From Octopus sinensis (lineage: Eukaryota), in the NCBI RefSeq assembly GCF_006345805.1, contig NC_043011.1:33430464-33494463 (forward strand): a stretch of DNA of 64,000 nucleotides, read 5' to 3'. The notes under the pieces are model-generated. The model saw only the letters and a list, made by a program, of their open reading frames with translations, did not search any database and was not told the DNA's origin. Positions 24,831 to 37,927 of the stretch are shown here, in pieces (within the stretch, counting starts at the first letter, position 1; every line of letters starts with the position of its first letter). Made by a program: the position numbers and the translations under genes.

Positions 24831-25404
24831 AGGAGTAAGGTTTTTTTTTTTATAACTAATGAAGTAAACTGAAGGACACAGATTTAAGTACACACAATAG
24901 CACATTAATTTGAACTCATGGACTATGTAGCCAGAAGTCTAGCACCTTAATCATCAGGCCATATCTTGTATTCCAAGATAACCAGATAAAATGTTGATAT
25001 AGTTGTAGACTATGGGGTTCAGTTACAAAAAATTGATAGTTCATATTAAGTTGAACCAAATTCTCTAAGTTTCATTGCTGTGAAGAATAAAAAGTCTAAT
25101 GTTTGTTGGAGTTTTACCCTTTAAGTCTTTTGATATCAACTTGCCTTAGTCATTGGTTGTAGAATATAAACTTACTGTTTTAAAGCAATGTAAATTGAAA
25201 CCTATCAAAATTTCATGTTAATTTGTGTTCCAGCTTTTGTAGTGAAATTATTTTACTTAATTCATTAGTTTCAAAATTAACTGAAACAATGTCAGTATAT
25301 TTCAACAAAAATAAGATAACAAAAGGGTTAACACAGATTATTAGCTTAATGTGAAGATGTTGATCTAGCTGTTGGCACATTTTGCAAACTTTCCTTCAAC
25401 TTAA

Positions 25405-26204
25405 CCTTTTAGCATTCAAATTCCTTTGTCAAATGTATTGCTTATTTACTCACATTGCTTTAAGTTAATCACACATTATTTTGGAGCTTCAACATTTCAA
25501 TGGTGCGTTTGTATAGTTTGGATCTTTACATTTTGATCTACGGATTTAAAAAAATAGTTTTTTGTAACTAAACACTTTCAAACTTCGTATACTGGTAGAA
25601 TGTGTCATAAAACATCTTTTACTCTTAGCATTTTATATTTACAAAGTTATTTCATATTAAAGTTCTCATATTTCGGTAATTTCAACCAATCAATGATGTG
25701 TATTCAGCTGAATAGAATTACTGCTGTTGTTTGTCAACAAGAACTTCCAGCAATGTATATTTCGTTTGTCACTGTTATTTATGACAAACCTAACCTCAAA
25801 ACCAGTACAAACGCATGAACGATGTCATAAATAACAGTGACAAACGAAAAATACACCGCCGATAGTTGTTGACAAACAACGGCAGTAATTTTATTCAGCT
25901 GAATACACATCATTGATTGTTTGAAATTACCGAAATACAATAACTTTCATGTGAAATAACTTCGTAAATATAAGTTTTTCTCAAAAATGCTAAGAGTACA
26001 AGATGTTTTATATGACACATTCTACCAGTGTCGAAAGTTTGAAAGTGTTTAGCTACGAAAAATTATTTTTTAAATCTGTAGGTCAAAAGGTAAAGATCCT
26101 ATAGTTTTAGAATGAGATTGTAGAGTAGGTGTGATAGTTTGGATCTGGTCAGTTTTAACATAAAACAGGTAGAATATATTTGGGCTAGATTAAATGCTAA
26201 AGGC
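25405..26204 (+). mobile_element. piggyBac-like MITE interrupted by a foldback MITE
   Basis: TTAAcctttttagcattc ... aatgctaaaggcTTAA; the host sequence resumes after 26107. Confidence 0.65.
25520..26099. mobile_element. 580-bp foldback MITE, 8-bp TSD, GG..CC termini (Merlin/Mutator-like)
   Basis: Arms of about 270 bp, ggatctttac...tatgaca / tgtcata...gtaaagatcc. TSD tatagttt at 25512-25519 and 26100-26107. Confidence 0.8.
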
Positions 26205-26705
26205 TTAATTGCTGCTATCACAGGTCTTCAATAGTTTTGTCAGATCCCTGACTTTACAACACAGAAATATTAGCTGAACAAGTGTGACACATTCACTCCA
26301 TTTTAGCTGAAAACTAAACATTGTTTACCACTTCTTGGTTGAGTGGTTCACAGGACACTCATCCTGCAGCTAAGGTATAATTAACTAGAATAACTACTCA
26401 GTATCTGTCTGTGTCATAAAAAGCAACTAAAATTAAGAACATCTAGCCATAAAATACTGTCCCTCAAAAGTTTCATCCAAATTAAGTCTGCATTGGAAAA
26501 GTGGATGTAAAAACAATGAAAATGACTGAGGAATCAGTGCTAACACAAAGCACAGAAAATTAAAGAAAATGAAGGGAACAATAAGCAATATGCAAATGTA
26601 GTTGATGAAACGCTTTGCAGTGTTTATTGCAGTTCTTTATAATCTGAGTTCAAATCCTGCCAAGGTTAATTTTGCTTTTCCTTTCTACAGGATTGATAAA
26701 GTATA

Positions 26706-27057
26706 CTCTTTTACTTGTTTCAGTCATTTGACTGTGGCCATGCTGGAGCACCGCCTTTATTCTTTGTAAGCCTAGTACTTATTCTATCGGTCTCTTTTTT
26801 GCCGAACCGCTAAGTTATGGGCAAGTAAACACACCAGCATCGGTTGTCAAGCGATGTTGTGGGGACAAACACAGACACACATACATACATATATATGACG
26901 GGCCTCTTTTCAGTTTCCGTCTACCAAATCCACTCAAGACTTTGGTCGGCCCGAGGCTATAGTAGAAGACACTTGCCCAAGGTGCCACGCAGTAGCACTG
27001 AATCTGGAACCACATGGTTTGTAAGCAAGCTACTTACCACACAGCCACTCCTACGCC
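26706..27057 (-). mobile_element. SINE family A, full length
   Basis: Reverse-complement match to 3335-3729. Confidence 0.85.
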
Positions 27058-27472
27058 TATGAGAATTGCAGATTTATAAGATTGTTAGTAGGTCGGATGA
27101 GATATTCTGCCATATCTGCCCTGGCTCTTGGCATTCCGAGTTCAAATTCCACCTAGGTGCCAACAACTAGAGGTGAGTCAACCTGGTCTCAGAAGTAACC
27201 CTACAAAACTGGCCAACATAGATAATAGGCCCACAACCAGTATAGACAAGCTGGCCATGCAGTGCTGACTCTTTTGCATTCAGCAGTGGACCAAAAATAG
27301 GTGAATGGAATAGAATATATAGATTTCATAAATATGATTGTGTAGGTTTTCTCATTTCATGTACATATTTCTCACACACATTCAAATACACACACCTATC
27401 ATGGCAATGAAGAAGCTTCCACATGTTTAATCAGCCTGCTTGAAATAGCAGACAACTCCCTCAAATCTAGTA

Positions 27473-28031
27473 CAGTGATTCTCAACCAGTTTTTACCTAT
27501 GATTCCCATTTTACTCAGTGGGTGGGACCCTTCTAGTCATTCAATGTCTAAAAACTATTATATTTTTATGATTAAATATTATTAGGAATTGTATAAAAAA
27601 TAGTTTAAATATTTTGTGTATTGAAGAAATATAACCAGTTTATATTGCACATAAATTTTAACATCTCATATGGACCCCCGGAGGTGCAATGGCCCAGTGG
27701 TTAGGACAGCGGACTTGCTGTCCGAGGATCGCGGTTTCGATTCCCAGACCGGGCGTTGTGTGTGTTTATTGAGAAAAAACACCTAAAAAAAGCTCCACGA
27801 GGCTCTGGCAGGGGGTGGTGGTGACTCCTGTTGTACTCTTTCGCCCCAACTTTCTCTCACTCTTTCTTCCTGTTTCTTGAGTAACACTGCGATGCACTGG
27901 CACCTCATCCAGCTAGGGGGAAACACATATGCCCAGAAACCGGGCCCATGAGCCTGGCCAGGCTTGAAAAGGGCGCATAAATATAAAATATGGACCCCCA
28001 AGGGTTATATGGATCTGGTTGAGAACCTCTG
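27473..28031 (+). mobile_element. hAT (Charlie-like) MITE carrying a nested SINE-C
   Basis: TIR cagtgattctcaacc / ggttgagaacctctg; 8-bp flanks atctagta / gtctagca with a TCTAG core. A partial second copy lies at about 37677-37880. Confidence 0.7.
27680..27987 (+). mobile_element. SINE family C, full length, 12-bp TSD
   Basis: atatggaccccc at 27668-27679 and 27988-27999. Confidence 0.85.
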
Positions 28032-28425
28032 GTCTAGCATCTTAAGAAAAACAATAAAAGGCATACATAATGCCCCCCTTCTACTCCTTGCATATGGGTG
28101 GGTTCATGCCATACTCTACTCAAGCATTCATGATGCACACACCACTTAGCTTTGTTTTGTCAAGTTCTACCACACTCCAAGCCCTACACTAATTACTATC
28201 CCCAGTCCTTCCACCCAAAACGTTGTCCCTCTGGAGTTCCGTCCCAGCTCATGCCTTTTCTACAGCTATTAACTTACAAAGGTTTGAGAGGAACATTACT
28301 GACATCAACCTCTCCAAAATAGTATGGCTTAAAAAGGTAATAGGCACTACCCCTTCCTCAAAACCCAGTAAGAAAAAATTTTGAAAAAAGTAAAGTATAA
28401 TTCTAGACAGAGTAGGATGTGAAGA

Positions 28426-28745
28426 CACATGGCTCAGTGGTTAGAGCATCGAGCTCATAACCATGAAGTAGTGAGTTTGGTTCTCAGACCAGGCTGTGTG
28501 TTGTGTTCTTGAACAAGACACTGTACTTCACATTGCTCCAGTCCACTCAGCTGTAGAAATGAGTTTTGACGTCACTGGTGCCAAGCTGTATCGGCCTTTG
28601 CCTTTCCCTTGGATAACATTGGTGGTGTGAAGAGGGGAGGCTGCTATGCACAGGTGGCTGCTAGTCGTCCATAAACAACCTTGCCTGGACTTGTGCATTG
28701 GAGGGTAAATTCTAGGTGCAATCCTAAGGTCATTCATGATCAAAA
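28426..28745 (+). mobile_element. tRNA-derived SINE family E
   Basis: tggctcagtggttagagc A box, then gtgttcttgaacaagacact...ctccagtccactcagctgtagaaatgagt central domain. Confidence 0.6.
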
Positions 28746-28974
28746 TGGCTCATTACCCTACTTCTAAAAAAAAGATACACTATGTCTGAAAACAAGACCA
28801 TTTATTTTACATGATTACGATCTTATGTTAACTTTCAAGTCTTTCTCAGTTATCTCCCTTTAGGCTGTAACTATTTTGAATGGTGAATTTGTTAACTTTG
28901 GCTTGTACTGCTGTTACTAAATTTTCTACCGCCATCTTCACATTCCATGACTGTGAAGATGGCTGATCCCAATG

Positions 28975-29194
28975 GATCGATCCAGTACCGGAAAAGGATT
29001 CTGGATTATTTTTCCCTTTTTTTTTTTTTTTACTTAATTTTTGAGAGTGGTCAAGTTCATTTTTAGTATTCTCATTTGTGAGAGCAGTCAAGTTTATTTA
29101 AGATATTCTCATTTTAAAACTCATCTCTGGCTAATCGTTGAGAAGATGTTGATGTTGCCTTGGCAGAGGTTTGCAGTCTCTGAGTGCTCTTGTT
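28975..29194 (+). mobile_element. Helentron/HINE-like element, partial second copy
   Basis: Clearly homologous to 1800-2002 (gtgagagcagtcaag...ccttggcagaggtttgc...tgagtgctcttgttatt). Confidence 0.55.
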
Positions 29195-30364
29195 ATTATC
29201 AACCGGGAGAAATTCAATGCATAAAAGAGTATTCGTCTAACTATGGAGCTACATCAGTGAATCAAGTGCCTAAAGCTTTGTGTTGATACGTACTTTAGCA
29301 CAAAGCTATTGCTTGGAGTCATTGATTTAGCTTCACAGCTGTTAATATGTGTGTGTGTGCAAGGGGGTGAGCTGACAAAATTGTTAGCATGCCAAGCAAA
29401 ATGCTTAGTGGCATTTCATGTCTGTACATTCTGAGTTCAAATACTGCTGAAGTCCACTTTGCTTTTCAATCTTTTAGGGGGTTGATAAAATAAGTACCAG
29501 TTGAGCACTAGGAACCAATGTAATCAACTTACTCCCTTCCTGGAATTTCTGGCCTTAAGTCAAAATTTGATACCTATGTGAGTGTGTGTGTGTGTGTTAG
29601 GGTAGCTGTTTTTTATTCCTATTCCCTGTGATTTATCAAACTTCAGCTTTATTCCACCCCTACCTTACTATTGTTTGCACCCTCTCAAAGTAAACCCTTA
29701 TGCTGTTATGAGTCACTTAATATTGAAGACTTTTGTTATCATGTAGTGTGTCAAATAAGGGTATCTGAAGCATGCATTTATTTTTTGTTTTTCTTTTCAC
29801 AGTCAAAGGATTTATCAGGTTACTTGTATGAAAGGAAAACAAGATGTGATTGAAATTCTTGTATCACCCTGCCACCTCACCTTGCCAACAGCTTATCATT
29901 CCATTCAGTGTTCACATACCATATCCACCCTCAATAGATCAGTCTATGTTGACATCAACACTTTGCCTCAAATTGTCTTTTTCTTTCTTTTTCCCACTGG
30001 AATGTATATTATCTAGAAGCAGTAACAATTTAGATTAAAAAAAAAAAAAATAATTGCAATAACTAAATCTTTCATTCCTTCCCAATTCATCTACCCATTA
30101 ACCATACTTGTCTGTTGCATGAGGGACTAATTGAAAACTGCTATGGACTGTATCCTTTATATATGGTACCAAATGAAAAAGGATTTTTAAAAAAATGAAA
30201 AGTATTGTATTTATGCTTTTGTCCAAAAACTTGCCATTTTAAGAAATATCTTTATAACAAAGAAAAAAAACGTTGTTATGGAAAATTTTGAACATTCTGC
30301 TTTTTAAGCTACAAGAAATAATATTTTATAAAGATTGATGTAACTCTTCATGAAGGCAAATAGA

Positions 30365-30775
30365 CAATTAGAAGAGTGTGATGCAATTTGTAATAGAATG
30401 TTTATTTAATGGTTTTAATGATTTTTCAACAGCTCATCTGACTTCTTCAGGCTCAAAATGTAAAATGAGAACAACTATACAAACAGAAATTCAAAATACA
30501 AACGAAGAAATTCTGCGTTCCTATTCTGATAGGATGACATCAATAATTTTCAATTTTGTAACTGGTAAATGGAAGAAAAAGAGAAAAAAGTTACAAAATT
30601 GAAAACTATCAGAATAGGAACACAGGATTCCCTCGTTTGTGTTTTGAATTTCTTTGTTTCTGTAGTTGTTTTCATTTTACATTTTGAACCTGTAGAAGGC
30701 AAATGAACTGTCTAAATATTGCTTAAACCATAAAATAAACAATCTATTATAAACCCCATTGCGCCCTTCTTAATA
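30365..30775. repeat. Old degenerate inverted repeat of about 410 bp
   Basis: 30385-30561 is the reverse complement of 30590-30760 (e.g. aaaatgtaaaatgagaacaact / agttgttttcattttacatttt), with a spacer of about 28 bp. Confidence 0.7.
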
Positions 30776-31114
30776 ATAATAATAATAAATGAAGATTGAC
30801 ATAATAGTCCATGAAGGTAAATACGCAATTAGAAGAGTGCAATATATAACACAGATTCAATATTTGTTGAACTTAATGTTTTTTCTTCTTTTCCCTTGTT
30901 TATTTATTTATGAACAAGCAGAACAATGTCTATTTGTATCTAGGAAGGAACGCAAGATAGTCAAGCTGAAATTTTGAATTTCTCATTTTCTGTTATTCTT
31001 GTCTTATTTTGAACCTGAAGAAGACAGATGTATTGTAGAAATATTATTTAATTCAACAAAGTCTGTCTGTATTACATATGCTTTTCTAGTAATAATAATA
31101 GTAATAAGTTTATA

Positions 31115-31400
31115 ATATTAATAGTTATCGCCAAGCTAACATGGCAGTCCAGATAAATAGGATGAATGCTGCTGTTGATTAAATCCAAGAGGCCATCACC
31201 TCTAGCTAGCTATGTGACACACAAACCTGTGTCCATTATAACCTTCGAACAGGGGAGGTCAGCATTATAACCCCTTTTCGAAGGTTATACAGGTTTGTGT
31301 GTCACATAGCTAAAGGTGATGGCCTCTTGGAGCTAATCAACAGCAGCATTCATCCTATTTATCTGGACTGCCATGTTAACTTGGTGATAACTATTAATAT
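31115..31400. mobile_element. 286-bp near-perfect foldback element (MITE-like)
   Basis: atattaatagttatcgccaagctaacatggcagtccag... / ...ctggactgccatgttaacttggtgataactattaatat; short central loop. Confidence 0.8.
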
Positions 31401-31648
31401 CCGGTACCGCTGCCGTAGTCTCCTTTAGAGAGAATTAGAAATAATATTTCTAAGTTTATAATAATTCTATAGTATCACCATAGTATGTTTTTCTTGTATA
31501 TTTTTCCAGATTTACCACCTTGCTCTTTGCTTGTGGGTTTGTAACAGTTGTGATTCTTTCAAATATATATATATATATATATATAAAATAGGGGTTTCTT
31601 CTTATTCTAACTATTTTTCATAAATAATGTAAAAGTATTGTCTTTTAA

Positions 31649-31859
31649 CCCTTCAGCATTTAAACCAGCCATATCCAACCAGAAGCTCTACCCATTTTAT
31701 GTTCAAACCAGCTAGATTTGGCCTCTCGCACCCACCCTACAATGTCGTTTAAAAAACAATCACATCAAATCTTGAAGCTGCGAGATAATCCGTGATTAAT
31801 TCAAAACAATGTGAATAAATAAACAAGGCATTTGACAGAGTAATCTGAATGCTAAAGAG
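31649..31859 (-). mobile_element. piggyBac-like MITE
   Basis: TTAAcccttcagcatt...aatgctaaagagTTAA; homologous to 12265-12477. Confidence 0.7.
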
Positions 31860-32934
31860 TTAAGAATGATTATGCTATATACAAGATGAATGCTTCCAGA
31901 AGCTACAATTGTCATTGTATTTTTATTAAAAGTTTCAAATGAAAGTACTGCTGCTCATTGTTAGTAAATAGTTATTTTTACTTAGTCCATAATCTTAAAC
32001 TAGTTATCGGTATTTAGTGCTAAATAAATAGAATTAGAAAAATAGATTTTGTTTAATTCTGCTAAAGAGCCTAGAGAGAAAAAAACTGAACCCATTATGT
32101 AATGTCCAGCATTTACTCTGTCAGTGTCTTTTTATCAGATAATTGAAAGGTTGGGAGGTAAACCATTATTAAAGTTAGAATTATGGCATCAAATGGCCTT
32201 AATTGCAAATTACATATTAAAACAGCAATTGTATATTATGCATAAAGCAGATATATCGTTCAAAGCCTGATAAACAACAATATTCATCTTGAAAAAATAT
32301 CTCTTATAGATGAAGCATCAAAACACAAAAATATCAGTTCAATTTTTTTTTTCAGACAAATACTGCAGTTTAATAGGCTTTCAGTGACATATCTGCTTTA
32401 AGTACAATTTACAGATTGCCGTTTTGAACTAAAACAGATTCCATTGCTAATAACGAATTTTTATATTTTAATGTTAAAAATATTGATCCCTTACAAGTCA
32501 CTAGGTTTTATTTGTTTGTTTTCTTTGTGTTTTTTTTTTTTAGTTTTTTTTTTTTTTTAACTCTCAGAGCAGTGAAAGGTAAATTGAGTTTACTGGGATT
32601 TGAAATCAGAACCGAGGATAAGGAAAACTAGATAACTTTCCCTCACTTACATCCCACATGCACCAACACAGTTCTGTCAATAGGCACAAGGTTATAAATT
32701 GTGTGAGAGGGAACAAATAATTAAAATTAACCCTCCTTCTCCACCTCCACTTGTTCATTCTTTAATTGAACTTAATTTATTCAGCTAGAAAGATAGGATT
32801 TGATCTGAGTAGAATATATATGTGTGTGTGTGTGTGTGTGTGTTTGCATTTACCTACAGCCACACCAATTTTCCTGTATTCTTGGTTCCAAAGCTTTGAC
32901 TGATTAACCATTTTGCTGAACCATCCTTAGTCAC

Positions 32935-33395
32935 ATAATAATGCTTTCTACTCTAGGCACAAGGCCTGAAATTTGTAGGGAGGGAACTAGTTGATTACAT
33001 TGCCCCCAGTGTTTCACTGGTACTTAACTTTGCGACCCTGAAAGGATGAAAGGTAAAATCAACCTCTGCAGATTTTGAACTCAGAATGTAGTGACAGTCG
33101 AAATACCTATTACTTTACTACCCACAAGGGGCTAAACACAGAAGGGACAAATAAGGACAGAGAAACGGATTAAGCTGATTACATCGACCCCAGTGCATAA
33201 CTGGTACTTAATTTATCTACCCCGAAAGGATGAAAGGCAAAGTCGACCTCGGCGGAATTTGAACTCAGAACATAATGGCAGACGAAATACGGCTATGCAT
33301 TTCGCCCAACATGCTAATGGTTCTGCCAGCTCGCCGCCTTTCAAAATACCATTAAGCATTTCATCCAGTGTGCTAACGATTCTGCCAGCTTAACT
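32935..33395 (-). mobile_element. Young SINE-B (33108-33343) inserted in an older SINE-B, TSD aaatacc
   Basis: aaatacc at 33101-33107 and 33344-33350; the old head continues at 33351-33393. Confidence 0.8.
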
Positions 33396-35115
33396 AGCAG
33401 GACCCACGAATATTTCATGGAATTAATGGTAAACCTATTGGGTTATTTCTGAAACTTTATCCAAAAAAACCTGAAAGCATAGCCTGTGTTGTGTCTGTAT
33501 GGAAAGATAGTTGCTCATCTGCTACTTATTGTAAAGTGAAAGAAACTGGAATATGATGATTACATATTGTACTTTATATATACAGTTTATATAATTTATG
33601 CACAATTTTATAGACTCAATGCACACTCATAAAAAAAATATTCACTCTTATTTTTCCCTTTTCCCCATAAACAAAAAAAATTCCGTACATATGATACAAC
33701 CTTTAGTTAAATTGCATATATCTGCCACCTAAATAAGCATGAATATTTCATGGAATTGCACTTATGCACGTGTTAAGTGACTGGTGATATATAAAAACTT
33801 GGTTTAATTAAAAATAAAAAATCACTTTTCACTATCCAATCACCACCATCATCATCTCTTTCTCCTCCTCCCTCCCTCCTCACTCTGTCTTTAACCTCAC
33901 TATCAGAACATCACCCCTCTCCTAAAATTATATTTTTAACGCCTCCTCTACCTTCAACTAACTTTTAACCACATAATATTACATTCCCCCACCTTACATC
34001 ATGGACACGTCTTCCTCCCACTTTTTCTTTCTCATTCTTTCTGTCTCACTCTTCACCTTACCCTCTTTTTCTCCTTCCTCTCTCTCGCTTCAACTAATCA
34101 CATGAAAACATTACAATTACATTCCCTCTACCTCATGTCATGAACGCTTCTCTCTCCCGCTTTTCCTCTAATCATGCAAAAGCATTACCAATGGGTTAAG
34201 TAACACAATGACTAGCAGAATTATTATAAGATAATAATAATAATTCATCAACACACCTATTAATTATGCCTCTCCCAAGCATCTGATCAGTTCTACTTAA
34301 TCTAACATCAACATGGATTAGTGTCTATGTTTGATACTACCACTGATGTTCTTAGTTTTCTTACCAGTAGGAACTATAGCAAAGGGTAACTTTAAGCTAA
34401 ATAAGCAGAGGATATTTTGAAATTTTGGTACCACCACTAACAAATGCTGTGTGAAAAGTGCATGTAAACACTTGGTGCACACAACACCACCTGCAGTCAA
34501 GCAGTGAATTAGACTGGTGGCTACAGGAATTTCAAGTTGAATTAAAGGAGGTGTAGACTACCAGCTGCTAGAAAAATGCAGGTGTACCTCATATAGGAAG
34601 ACGTGGGATGAAGTGGTGAGAAAGGATCTTCAAATGCTGGGCCACACTGAGGAAATGATAAGGGACTTGGGGATTTGCTGTACTTGATAAGACATGTCAA
34701 GCTAAGTAAAATCAGTCTTCTACATATAAAGGCTGGTCTTTCAGGTGTTGGTGCCACTTAAGGGGTACCCATACTGGGTGCTGCATTAATGCACTCATGT
34801 AGAAACAGCTGTAGAAACACTGCCAGATCAGACTGGGCCTGGTGCAGCCTCCTGGCTTCCCAGACCCCAGTTGAACCGTCCAACCCATACTAGCATGGAA
34901 AGCAGACGTTGAACGATGATGATGATGTCAGTGATGCATAAACATACCCGTGACAGTGAACATAAAAAGCACCCTGCACCCTAAAGTGGTTGACATTAGG
35001 AAGGGCATCCAGCTGGAGAAACTATGCCACAACAGGCAGTTGGAACCTGGACAGCTCCTATGTCAAACAGTCCAACCCATCCCAGCATGGAGAGCAGACA
35101 TTATATGATGATACA

Positions 35116-36395
35116 CAAGGTGCGATGAATAAATTGTCATCTAAAATAACACCGACATCTCATTTTAACAGATATATTTAATGGAATTACATAAGAATAT
35201 CTTGAAATAATTGAGAGTTAATTTATTCAGCAAAATTGTCATTGGCTTCAATCACAGCCTCCAGATGACTTTAAAATCTCTTGCAACTTTTCTGGACAGT
35301 CTCCATGTTTAAATTGGTGAATGCTGCCATAATCCTTGCTTTCAGTTCATCTTTGGTGTTACAAGCAGTTTTGTTGGTCTCTTGCTCAACTGCACCCTCA
35401 TATAATCAAGGGGTTTGCTGTCTGGGGAGTTAGGTGGTTAGCTGTCTGGGGAGTTAGGTGGTTAGCTGTTAGGGGTGATGTGGTCGCAGAAATTGTCTGA
35501 CAGCCATAATTGAATTCTCCTGCTTGTGTGTCATGGTGCAGAGTCCTGTTGCCAGACATAGGGTCTTCCAGCAGCCACCCTCTTAACCCAGAGTAGCACT
35601 ACCTCCTCCATGTTGAACCTGAGGCCATGTGGGAAGATGAATGGAGGCATAACATTACCATCACTAGTGATCACTCCAGACACCATGATGTTGACTGGAT
35701 GTTTGATTTTTATCCCTCTTGGTACATGTTTTGGGAACATGGCTAGCCAATGGTTGTTCTGTGCTTACCATCTGATCCTGGCAGAAATTTTTCTCATCAG
35801 AGAAAAACCAAAGCATGTTCAGTCGGAGGGGACTCTTGGGTTTGTTCAAAAGCTTCGTAGTGCAGTTTTTCTTTTTGTCCTTGATGGCTTGGGATAAAAG
35901 TTGGCCCTTTTTGTCATCTTGTATGAGGAATACCGAATGTCTTCATGTATTACCTGCCTGATAATAAACTTTGACACTCTCATGTCCCTGGCAATGGACC
36001 TGAATGACTTGGAGGGATCATTGTCAAACATGGCCTGGATCTCACAAACAAACTTAAGAGTTCTTTTCTTATCAGAATGATCAGAGTATTCCAAGCTGTC
36101 ATACCTTTGTAATCACCATTAGATTCATCTAACTCTTTTCGAATCCTCTGCCCTGTCCTCAGAATGACACCCAAACATTCTGAAATGCTTGTATTGGAGC
36201 TTCTGGCATGAATGTCAAGTAGTTCAGCATGTTGTTTCCAAATTTTTGGCAGAGTGAATTGCGTCATGGTGCTGTTTTTCTAACAGATAGTGCCCAACTG
36301 ACCCTACTATACTGTGTAGTTGACAACATCAAAAAGACAATGCACATGCGTGAAATTAAAAATATAAAATAGCGACAATTTACCCATCACACCTG
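35116..36395 (-). mobile_element. maT-family (DD37D) transposon, second full-length inactivated copy
   Basis: TIRs caaggtgcgatgaataaattgtc / gacaatttacccatcacacctg. LWFFSDEKNF and QQDSAP*H..PPNSPD..PLDY give 37-aa D-D spacing once a 24-bp tandem duplication (35417-35464) is discounted. Confidence 0.85.
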
Positions 36396-37127
36396 TGTAT
36401 ATATATATATATACATACATACATGTTTACACGTGTGTGTGTGTATACATACATGTATATGCATATAGATACATATATTCAGAATGTGCCTCAATGTTGT
36501 TTGGTTGATTTACAACTGAGATGAATCATGCAGAAGAGATTTAGGAAACACCAGAGAATCTTCATTGGCTAAGTAAACATCCTCTTCTGTCATGTGACTA
36601 CCTCTGAACCTCTGACCACCCACAATGAAGTACATCATTCACGAATCCATTCTATCATTTGCTAACCAACATCTCAATAATTCCCCTGGTCCATGGATCA
36701 CTCGATCACTTCCAAACTCATTTCTCAATTGTTGTTGAAGTGAAATTAGATATTGAAATGAATATTTCAGCTTTACAAGCCATAAACATTGTGCAATGTA
36801 GTGCTATAATGTAACTCATTCATATCTCTGAAATGGAAATATGATATATCTAGAATTATATACAGTATTTACTTTGATTCCATCTTGAATACAATGCAAC
36901 CCCAATTTTTTGTGTCGACCTAAAAATCAGTAATATATTTTTATCCTATTATTGTTATTGAGTGAGAGAGCAGTGCATGCCATCAAATTGACACTTGGGT
37001 AAAATATATGAAGCCCAATATACCCATCATGACTACCCATCTGATAAGAGCACACCAGGCACATGCATCACAACCATATGTGCACGATATGGTGACCTCA
37101 TCAATAACCAGTGCATGACTTTGCAGG

Positions 37128-37575
37128 TGAGGCCTAGTGAGTTGGCAGAATTGGTAGCACACTAGTGAAATGCTTAGCGATATTTCATCCATCTTCATGT
37201 TCTGAGCTCAAATTCCACCAAGGTCAACTTTGCCTTTCATCCTTTAGGGGTCAATAAAATAAGTACCAGTTGAGTACTGGGGATCAAAGTAATCATCTAT
37301 CACCCTCCCCCAAATTTCAGGCCTTGTGCCTATTGTAGAAAGGATTATTATTATTATTATCATCATCGAAGGTGCCGAGCTGACAGAATCAGTAGTGTTT
37401 CTCCCAGCTTTATGTTCTAAGTTCAGATTCCACCAAGGTTGACTTTGCCTTTCATCCTTTCAGGGTCAATGATAAAATAAGTATCAGTTGAGCACTGGGA
37501 TCAATGTAATCGATTTAGCAAACGCCACCCCCACCCAGAATTGTTGGCCTTGTGCCAAAATTTGAAATTATTATT
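37128..37575 (+). mobile_element. Two tandem decayed SINE-B copies
   Basis: Cores at about 37215 and 37438 with (att)n tails. Confidence 0.75.
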
Positions 37576-37927
37576 ATTTGCAAATAAAGATTGACAATCA
37601 TTAACTATTAATGTGTTGTGTTGTTTTTTTTTAACTGATCTCTTCTTTTCAGTTGAAGGTGGTTGGTCCAGTGATTACCACAGAGGTTCTCAATCACTTT
37701 TTTTTTTTGCCTATGGACCCCTTTGACTCCTATTTTACTCTGGTGGACTCCCATAGCCATTCCATGTTTAAAAACTAGTTTCATAGAAACTTCTTTCAAA
37801 ATTCCGATTTTGTTTATCACACATTCACTTGTGTAAGTTGAACTACAGAAAATGTCAGAGAAAGAAATCTAGTTGTTTCTTGCAATACATACACATTCTT
37901 TTACATGCTTCAGTCAGACTGAAAATT

